Shown here one piece after another: positions 25,713-32,148 of a DNA stretch of 39,715 nt; the first letter of the stretch is position 1, and each line of letters starts with the position of its first letter. The translations under genes were made by a program, and so were the position numbers. Where the stretch lies: the IMG/VR virus record IMGVR_UViG_3300049187_000016, positions 1 to 39,715 of that record; one strand, 5' to 3'. The DNA comes from a virus. Taxonomy: Duplodnaviria; Caudoviricetes. Under the pieces are notes generated by a model. The model was not told where the DNA came from. It searched no databases and saw only the letters and a list, made by a program, of their open reading frames with translations.

Positions 25713-25877
25713 ATGGACGCACTTAAGCGCCTTGCGGAAGACCCGTTGCCGCGACTGACCGCCCGCCAGATCATTGAGGCACGCCTAGGCCGACCGCTCG
25801 GGCCGCTCGCCACGATGCCGAAAGACCTTCGCCGTGCGGTCTATCTGCTGGCCCTGCAACTGGTGAGGAAGCCATGA
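25713..25877 (+). CDS. Small hypothetical protein (54 aa)
   Basis: SD GGAGG; MDALKRLAEDPLPRLTARQIIEARLGR...; ATGA overlap with the next gene. Confidence 0.55.
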   Translation: MDALKRLAEDPLPRLTARQIIEARLGRPLGPLATMPKDLRRAVYLLALQLVRKP

Positions 25878-26095
25878 CCGACGTGGGTTGGTGGGTTGCT
25901 CTAGCCCTTTACGCGCTGCCGGTTCTAGCCGGTATTCGCCACTTCGATGAGGAAGTGGAAGATTGCAGGGAATGGATGCGGTCCGAAGACGGCGAATGGT
26001 TCCCAACGCTCGCGCCGCTCATGGCGGCCTTAGCGATCATCGCATGGCCCGTGTTCATGGCGCTGGATGCGTTTGCACCGGAGTCGCGCAAATGA
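25874..26095 (+). CDS. Small two-TM membrane protein
   Basis: Two hydrophobic stretches flanking an acidic loop. Confidence 0.6.
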   Translation: MTDVGWWVALALYALPVLAGIRHFDEEVEDCREWMRSEDGEWFPTLAPLMAALAIIAWPVFMALDAFAPESRK

Positions 26096-26145
26096 CCCGC
26101 CTCACCCTGGCTGAGATTGCCCGCGCGATAAAGGCGGCGGCATGA
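26092..26145 (+). CDS. 17-aa micro-ORF (possible xis-like remnant)
   Basis: MTRLTLAEIARAIKAAA; ATGA overlaps at both ends. Confidence 0.4.
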   Translation: MTRLTLAEIARAIKAAA

Positions 26146-26702
26146 GCGACCTGCCTTTCATCCAAGGCGGCTTCGGCCTGATCATGGCGGATCCGCCTTG
26201 GCACTTCCGCACCCGCAGCGCCAAGGGCATCACCGCCAAAGGCGCGAGCGGCCAGTACGCCACCATGTCCCGCGCGTCGATCGAGACGATGCCGGTTGGC
26301 GATGTGGCGGCCAAAGATGCCATCCTCTGGCTCTGGGCCACCAACCCGATGCTGCCGGATGCCTTCGCGGTGATGCGCGCTTGGGGCTTCACGTTCAAGA
26401 CGGCCGGCCACTGGGTAAAGACGACGAAGCACGGGAAGCTGGCGTTCGGCACCGGCTACATCCTGCGCTGCGCTGGTGAGCCCTTCCTGATCGGGACGCG
26501 CGGCCAGCCGCGCACCGCGCGCAATGTCCGCTCCGTGGTCATGGGGCCCGTCCGCCAGCACAGCCGCAAGCCGGATGAGGCCTATACCGAGGCGGAGAAG
26601 CTGCTGCCCGGCGTCGAGCGGTTGGACCTCTTTTCGCGGCAGGAGCGGTCGGGTTGGACTGCTTGGGGTAACGAGGTGGGCAAGTTCGAGGTGGCTGCAT
26701 GA
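26142..26702 (+). CDS. MT-A70 family adenine methyltransferase
   Basis: IMADPPW catalytic motif; Y.TM, LWLWAT, WGF.FKT..HWVK, GTGY..R...E, HSRKPDE, LDLFSR..RSGWTAWGNE. Confidence 0.92.
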   Translation: MSDLPFIQGGFGLIMADPPWHFRTRSAKGITAKGASGQYATMSRASIETMPVGDVAAKDAILWLWATNPMLPDAFAVMRAWGFTFKTAGHWVKTTKHGKLAFGTGYILRCAGEPFLIGTRGQPRTARNVRSVVMGPVRQHSRKPDEAYTEAEKLLPGVERLDLFSRQERSGWTAWGNEVGKFEVAA

Positions 26703-26878
26703 CCGCCCGCGCCCGCATCACTCAAGCCGACCTCGCCCAGGCTGCCGCGCTGGTTAAGGCTGAGGGCGTCACGGTGACCATCGCCACGGCTAACGGCAAG
26801 AGCGTGACCATCGCCCCGACGCTGGACGTGAAGCCAGAATCGGACCACGATGATCGGAAGCCGAAGCCGTGGACCTGA
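26699..26878 (+). CDS. Excisionase-like protein (59 aa)
   Basis: MTARARITQADLAQAAALVKAEGVTVTI...KPKPWT; small gene overlapping the integrase start. Confidence 0.55.
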   Translation: MTARARITQADLAQAAALVKAEGVTVTIATANGKSVTIAPTLDVKPESDHDDRKPKPWT

Positions 26879-27927
26879 TGCGCCTTGAATATGTGACCGA
26901 GGAGCGCCTGCCGTCTGGCGCGATCCGCTACCGCTTCCGGCGGGGCGGAGTGAAGGTCACGCTCAAAGGCAAGCCGGGCAGCCGCGAGTTCCTGGACCAC
27001 TACGCCTCTCTGCGTGACGGGGTTCCGCTGCCGGTCAGCCGTGCGGTCAAGGGGTCTGTGGAGTGGCTGGTCGGTCTGTACCTGGCCGACCTCGAGGCTC
27101 GCGTCGGTAATCGTCTGGCAAGCCCGCTGACGTTCAAGGGCCACCGGCACCACCTTGCCAAGCTGATCGCCGAACACGGCGACAAGGATGCGAACATGCC
27201 CCGCGCCCAGCTGGTCAAGATGCACGACAAGATGGGGGCGACACCGGGCGCGGCGGACAACATGCTGAAGGCGGTGTCGGCCCTCTACAAATGGGCGATC
27301 CGGCGCGACTATGTGACCTGTGAGAACCCGGCCCGTGACGTCCAGCGCATCCGGCGGAAGACGGACGGGTTCGCACCATGGGAGGCGGATGACTTTGCGC
27401 GCTTCCTCGACCGGCATGGCCCCGGCACGATGGCGCGCCGAGCTCTCATCCTGGCGATGGCCACCACCGCGAGGCGCGGCGACCTTTGCGTCCTGGGGCG
27501 GCAGAACGAGGTCCAGATCGGCGGCCGAACATGGCTGCGATGGAAGCAGGCCAAGGCTCCGCACGGGCTGGTCGAGATGCCGATGAGCGCGGCGCTTCTG
27601 GCCGACCTGCACGGGGCGGGGAACATGACTTACCTGCTAAACGGGTACGGAGCGCCCTTCACCGTGGCGGGTCTCGGCAATCGTTTCCGCAAGTGGTGCG
27701 ACGATGCAGGGCTGAAGCAGAAGAGCCTGCACGGGATCCGCAAAGGGCTGTCCGCGATGCTGGCAGGGCAGGGGGCTACAAGCACCGAGATCGACGTCCT
27801 TCTGGGGCATGAAATGGGCAGCCCGGAGACGCGAGTCTACGTCCGATCGGCCGAGCGGCAGCGCCTAGCCGAGGCGGTGATCGGGCGGGTTGACGCGCTG
27901 GTCAGTGACCCACGAATGACCTGGTAG
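26869..27927 (+). CDS. int: Tyrosine integrase
   Basis: TTARRGD (R), HGIRK (HxxR), LGH and TRVY (Y); N-terminal arm-binding region RYRFRRGG...GKPGSREF. Confidence 0.93.
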   Translation: MDLMRLEYVTEERLPSGAIRYRFRRGGVKVTLKGKPGSREFLDHYASLRDGVPLPVSRAVKGSVEWLVGLYLADLEARVGNRLASPLTFKGHRHHLAKLIAEHGDKDANMPRAQLVKMHDKMGATPGAADNMLKAVSALYKWAIRRDYVTCENPARDVQRIRRKTDGFAPWEADDFARFLDRHGPGTMARRALILAMATTARRGDLCVLGRQNEVQIGGRTWLRWKQAKAPHGLVEMPMSAALLADLHGAGNMTYLLNGYGAPFTVAGLGNRFRKWCDDAGLKQKSLHGIRKGLSAMLAGQGATSTEIDVLLGHEMGSPETRVYVRSAERQRLAEAVIGRVDALVSDPRMTW

Positions 27928-28101
27928 TGACCCACGGCCAGCTATGGTCCTGATTTTTCACGGTAATTAATGGGTAATGGTAGGCCCGGAGGGCATACAA
28001 AAAGCGGCCGGAACGCTTTGATTTCATTGGGGCAGGGTGCCCAAATTGACCCACGAAGCGGGTATAACGGAATCAAAGGGTTGTGGGTCGAGTGACCCAC
28101 G
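27904..28101. other. attP with tRNA-3'-end core and arm-type repeats
   Basis: Core TGGTAGGCCCGGAGGG (27978-27993; reverse complement CCCTCCGGGCCTACCA). TGACCCACG at 27906, 27928, 28047 and 28093; inverted GTGGGTC at 28083. Confidence 0.82.
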
Positions 28102-28111
28102 ATATCGGCCC

Positions 28112-28300
28112 CTACTGATCTCTCTGCGCCCCACCCTCCGGCGCCCGCTCGACCTCGATCCCCTCCGGCATCTCGACGCCGTTCTCCTCAAGCCAGTCGC
28201 GAACAGCACCCCAGACCTCGGCCGGGCCGTGGTTGCGGAACGACAGCACCTCGGCGAGGCGATTGCGGAGACCGGCGGGGATGGAGTGGGGCCAGGGCAT
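28112..28300 (-). CDS. Small hypothetical protein next to attP
   Basis: MPWPHSIPAGLRNRLAEVLSFRNHGPAEVWGAVRDWLEENGVEMP...; 62 aa, helical, protein-like composition. Confidence 0.6.
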   Translation of the reverse strand: MPWPHSIPAGLRNRLAEVLSFRNHGPAEVWGAVRDWLEENGVEMPEGIEVERAPEGGAQRDQ

Positions 28301-28323
28301 GGGAAGGAGGTACCGCGCAACGC

Positions 28324-28353
28324 GGAAGGGCCGCAAGGCATTCCCTGCGGCCC
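28324..28353 (-). terminator. Possible terminator of the late/lysis transcript
   Basis: GGGCCGCA-10 nt-TGCGGCCC stem; weak U-tract. Confidence 0.4.
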
Positions 28354-28579
28354 ACCTTTCACCGTTGCGTCAGGCGAGCCTGCCAAAGCCTGCGAACAGC
28401 CGAGGCAGCCCGTGGAGGGCGTCAACGACCGTGGTTTCACCGGCCGTCACCACAACCAAATCCCAGGCGCCGGATCTAAAGCATCCTATAACTTTTCTGT
28501 GGTCTAGGTTTGCACCGGCATTATTATGCGCTGAAGGCTCCAGCAGAGCCATCTTCATAGCTAAGACTTGGAACCATTC

Positions 28580-29038
28580 ATGCCGCTCAACTGGTCCGAC
28601 GTCGCTGCCTGGATTGCTCTCCCGTTGTCGATACTTGCGCTAGTTCAATCCTCGCGCCATCGAAGCGGCGACCTCCTAATGGAAGCCCAGAAGCTACGGA
28701 CAGAGATCGAGGAAACCATTAGAAGCCTGGACGGCGCTCCAACAGCACTCCTGAAGGAATGGCGTGCGGTACTCAGTGTCCGGGGAATGCTTCAATCGGG
28801 CGCTGCAATTCAAAAAGAACAACAGGCGCTCGCTCTAGAAGAAAAGGTTGAGGACCTGCGAAAGAGACTTTCAGAAATACCCAGATCAGAAGGCTTCCTT
28901 AGAAGGGTTAGAGCCGAGGGCATCCTTAGCAGGCTCAATACTGTCGCCGTTTTGGCCAACTCAATCGTTGAGGCAGTGGCGGAAGAGCGCGCTGAGCTAG
29001 ATCGGAATCGTGAGGACCTGAGAAGCCGGCGCCGATGA
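28580..29038 (+). CDS. Moron: N-terminal TM plus coiled-coil protein
   Basis: WSDVAAWIALPLSILALV TM segment, then a charged helical region; visibly lower GC; opposite strand to the late operon. Confidence 0.75.
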   Translation: MPLNWSDVAAWIALPLSILALVQSSRHRSGDLLMEAQKLRTEIEETIRSLDGAPTALLKEWRAVLSVRGMLQSGAAIQKEQQALALEEKVEDLRKRLSEIPRSEGFLRRVRAEGILSRLNTVAVLANSIVEAVAEERAELDRNREDLRSRRR

Positions 29039-29061
29039 CAAAGGCTGTTGCTACACAGGCC

Positions 29062-29937
29062 CTATAGCTCGGCTCTCTCGAAGCTGAACAGCACCCTGCA
29101 CCTGTCACCCGGCCGCTCCTCGGGGAACACCCCGCCCAGGCTGTCCGTGTAGATGCCACTGAGGCCGAAGGCGGCGAAGCAGCCTGCCTCGAGCGGGTTG
29201 TTGACCGTGTGGACGTAGCTTGGCACCGAGGCCCGCTCTTGGATAGCCCAGGCTGCGCCAGCCAGTGCGCGTTCCTTGGGCATGGTGACAGCAAGCACCT
29301 CGTTTGACCGGAGGTGCTGCAGCACGTCAGCAGTCGACCCGCTGAAACGGTAAAGAGTCCAGATCACCTCCGGGTAGCCGAGGGCCTTGATGGCAGCAAT
29401 CTCCTCGGGGAAATAAGCCTGCGGTACGAAGTGCGCCAAAAGGTCGGGGTGAGCCTCTGCGATCCGCTTCAGACCGCGGAGGTTATCCTGCTTGATGTCA
29501 GTCACGATCCGCTTTTCCGGGTTGGCGCGGATCCAGCCTGCCAAGGTCGCCAGCGTGCAGTTCTGGAGCCCTCCGTCCTCTAGGCTCTTCTGGAACTCGG
29601 CCAAGGTGATGGGTTGCTCAGGAATATAGCCAAACCGGGCGGCAAATCCCTCGTCCCAGTCGTGCAGGCAAACCAGCTGCCCGTCGGCCGTCCAGGAGAA
29701 GTCCAACTCCAGGAGGTCGTAATCCTGCTTGTTGGCCTCCAAGGCATCGATGGAATTGCTTTCGCTGACGCCGCCAATTTCTCCCCCAGCGTGTGCGATG
29801 GATGGCAGGGCGGGAACTGCAAGTGACTCCTCTGGCCGGAAATGCTCGGTGTCGAACGGGTTTTGCGGTCGGTCCACTAATGTCAACCCGATCAAGACAA
29901 TTGAGAAAGAGGAGAAGAGCAAAATTCGCCGCTGCAT
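29062..29937 (-). CDS. Moron: membrane-anchored glycerophosphodiester phosphodiesterase (GDPD)-like enzyme
   Basis: N-terminal TM/signal anchor; IAHAGG...SNSIDAL...ELDF..TADG.LVCLHD...TDIK...YVHTVN...GIYTD GDPD TIM-barrel motifs. Confidence 0.85.
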   Translation of the reverse strand: MQRRILLFSSFSIVLIGLTLVDRPQNPFDTEHFRPEESLAVPALPSIAHAGGEIGGVSESNSIDALEANKQDYDLLELDFSWTADGQLVCLHDWDEGFAARFGYIPEQPITLAEFQKSLEDGGLQNCTLATLAGWIRANPEKRIVTDIKQDNLRGLKRIAEAHPDLLAHFVPQAYFPEEIAAIKALGYPEVIWTLYRFSGSTADVLQHLRSNEVLAVTMPKERALAGAAWAIQERASVPSYVHTVNNPLEAGCFAAFGLSGIYTDSLGGVFPEERPGDRCRVLFSFERAEL

Positions 29938-30008
29938 AGCGTAGACATAAGGGGTTGCGCCCGCTTTGCAACTAGCGCGCGAAATTTATCGCCGCCAGAG
30001 GCGGCAGA

Positions 30009-30368
30009 TCATCGCCGCACCACGGCCCGGACAGTCGTCGTCACGAAGAAGAATCCCACGATCACCGCCTGCAGCTGGTAGAGCTCGGGCGACAGTGGGT
30101 CGGTGACGCCCAAGCCCAGCATCTTGTCCCAGATGATCAGCTTGGCATTGTAGGCCACGAAAGGCAGCGCCCACGCGACCTGCACCAGTGTGATCCAACG
30201 GCCGCCGATCGCGTGAGATGCCTGCCGCGCCTCCAGCCGGGCGATGTCGATCTCGGCCGAGATCCGCTCCGAGTCGTTCTTCGCCTTCAGCCTTGCCTCA
30301 TAGGCGCGGCGGAGCTGGTCCGCGATTCCGCCGGCACCAGTCAAAAGGCCGATCAGCCGGCCGATCAT
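30009..30368 (-). CDS. Holin-like membrane protein
   Basis: MIGRLIGLLTGAGG...WITLVQVAWALPFVAY...IVGFFFV; in the lysis cassette. Confidence 0.6.
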   Translation of the reverse strand: MIGRLIGLLTGAGGIADQLRRAYEARLKAKNDSERISAEIDIARLEARQASHAIGGRWITLVQVAWALPFVAYNAKLIIWDKMLGLGVTDPLSPELYQLQAVIVGFFFVTTTVRAVVRR

Positions 30369-30607
30369 CGCCGGGCCCTCCGCCGCTTGGCCCACCAGGC
30401 GCGCACCTGCTTCCACTTCGACGCCAGCCAGCCGCCGTCGGCCGTCAGGTAGATGCAGAAGCCCACGACGCCCATCACGGCGTCCTCGTGCGAGGTCATG
30501 CCGGCCAGGCTTTCCGGCACCCCAATCGTCATCAGCCACACGCCGACCCAGCGCATGAACTGTCGGACAAGTTCAAGGAACCACGGGCTCGTCAGAAAAG
30601 CGCGCAT
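30365..30607 (-). CDS. Holin-like small membrane protein
   Basis: 80 aa, two hydrophobic segments and a very basic C-terminus (WWAKRRRARR); follows the endolysin. Confidence 0.65.
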   Translation of the reverse strand: MRAFLTSPWFLELVRQFMRWVGVWLMTIGVPESLAGMTSHEDAVMGVVGFCIYLTADGGWLASKWKQVRAWWAKRRRARR

Positions 30608-30617
30608 GTGTCTCTCC

Positions 30618-31460
30618 TCAGTTCCAGAAGACCAGCCAGTCGATGACCGGCGCGAGGTTGTCGTTGTACCAGGCGGCCAGGGCGCCATAGCCGCCGACCA
30701 GGAGGCCGAAGACCCACGGCATGACCCCCACGGGCCGCTGGAGCGTGACGGTGGGTTCGCGCTTGGGGGCCGCTTTGCGCGACGGCGGCTTTTTCGTCGA
30801 TGGTCGATTGATGGACGCGGGCGTCTTCGTCGATAGTTCTGGCTTCGCGGCCTCCACTGGCACCGCCGTGTCCTTGATCTTCTGCCAGCGGGCGAAAGCC
30901 TGGGCGAGCTTACGGTCGTATCCGTTCTTGGCGAAGCCCGGGCCGTTGTAGCCGCGGGCAAAGCCCTTCCAGTCATGGCGGCGCAGTTCATCGTCCAGCC
31001 CGGTCGCCTTGATGAACCGCACCATCGCGGCGAGGTGCGCTTCCTCGTCATCGAGGAACGCCTCGACCATCGCCCTGGCGGTCGGGTAGCCGGCCGGCTT
31101 GCAGTTGAACCCCATCATCTGCGGCAGGCCCCAGGAGGCCGAACGCAGCGCGGCCTCCTCGTCGATCGCGATGGCTTTCAGCAGGCGCGGGTAGCTGTCC
31201 TTGGGATAGGCGCCCGGCTTCCACCGCGGGTAGGCCAATCCCTGCGCCGCGGCCTTGTCGCGTTTCTGGCCGGGGCCCAGTTCCTTCCAGAAGATGTGCG
31301 GCTCGAAGAGCATCTTCGGCCGGCCCTGCTTGTCGAAGCCGGTCCCCGCGCTTTCCACGTCGAGGATCGCATGCACCTCGTCCTCGCCCACGCCGATCAT
31401 CCGGCCGACGCGCGGCAAATCGATATCGTCCAGGCGCTTGGCCTTGCCCTTGAAGTTCAT
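30618..31460 (-). CDS. Endolysin, N-acetylmuramidase (DUF3380-type)
   Basis: VESAG.GF...PKMLFEPHIF...SASWGLPQMMGFN...W.GFARGYNGPG..KNGYDRKL; C-terminal hydrophobic tail. Confidence 0.9.
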   Translation of the reverse strand: MNFKGKAKRLDDIDLPRVGRMIGVGEDEVHAILDVESAGTGFDKQGRPKMLFEPHIFWKELGPGQKRDKAAAQGLAYPRWKPGAYPKDSYPRLLKAIAIDEEAALRSASWGLPQMMGFNCKPAGYPTARAMVEAFLDDEEAHLAAMVRFIKATGLDDELRRHDWKGFARGYNGPGFAKNGYDRKLAQAFARWQKIKDTAVPVEAAKPELSTKTPASINRPSTKKPPSRKAAPKREPTVTLQRPVGVMPWVFGLLVGGYGALAAWYNDNLAPVIDWLVFWN

Positions 31461-32077
31461 CGCTGGATCTCCAACATGATGAGAGGTGACTCCGAAGACA
31501 CCGGCGGCTTGCCGTCGTGCTGCCACGGGCAGTCTTCGTAGAAGGTCGTTTGGCGGTAGTAGTAGCGGCCGGGCTCAAGCCCCTCGGGCATCACCACCCG
31601 GATTTCGGTCAGGACGAAGGTCGACCCGATGTTGCGCGGCGTCCCGGTCTCGGCTTCGGGTTCCCAGACCCGGCCACCCTGCGCCGAGATGATTTCGCGT
31701 CGGGTCGTGCCAGGCAGGATGCGGCACTGCTCGGCCGCATCGCTGGTGCGGCGGATTTCCAAGGTCAGTAGGCAAACCGCGCCGGCCTTGCACGGACGAG
31801 AGAAGCTGCTTGCCGGGCCGTACTCCACAATCTCAGACGGCGCCCGCGCGATGATGACCTCTCGGTTCAGTTGGTCGATCGACTGGCGCATTCCCTCCAG
31901 CGTGACCTGCATTTCGGCCAGGCGGTCGGGGCTGGTCCATATAGCAGCCACCCGCGTACCGATCGGGGTGAAGACCCAGGCCAGCACCGCGGCCAGCGCC
32001 AGGAAGATCATGCGGGCCGCCCATTTCAGGAACTCATCCCGCAGGAAACTGGCGATCGGGTGGGGTTTGTCGGTCAA
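31457..32077 (-). CDS. Membrane-anchored hypothetical protein upstream of the endolysin
   Basis: TTG start after AGGAGAGG (alternative ATG at 32098); TM helix, coiled coil, then a Cys-containing beta-rich domain; ATGA overlap with the endolysin. Confidence 0.7.
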   Translation of the reverse strand: MTDKPHPIASFLRDEFLKWAARMIFLALAAVLAWVFTPIGTRVAAIWTSPDRLAEMQVTLEGMRQSIDQLNREVIIARAPSEIVEYGPASSFSRPCKAGAVCLLTLEIRRTSDAAEQCRILPGTTRREIISAQGGRVWEPEAETGTPRNIGSTFVLTEIRVVMPEGLEPGRYYYRQTTFYEDCPWQHDGKPPVSSESPLIMLEIQR

Positions 32078-32102
32078 GGTCGTGCCTCTCCTGCGCATGT
32101 GA

Positions 32103-32125
32103 AAAGGCCGCCCGAAGGGGCGGCG
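32103..32125 (-). terminator. Probable terminator after the RBP gene
   Basis: Minus strand GCCGCCC-CTTC-GGGCGGC followed by CTTTT. Confidence 0.6.
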
Positions 32126-32148
32126 GAAGGCGGGTCTGTCGCGGGGGT

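Noticed and set aside
27978-27993. Possible tRNA gene
   Set aside because: Only 16 nt of a 3' end are present and no cloverleaf can be built; interpreted as the att core.
28370-28558. 62-aa minus-strand ORF
   Set aside because: It straddles the inferred moron boundary and has no clear SD; likely a chance chimeric frame.
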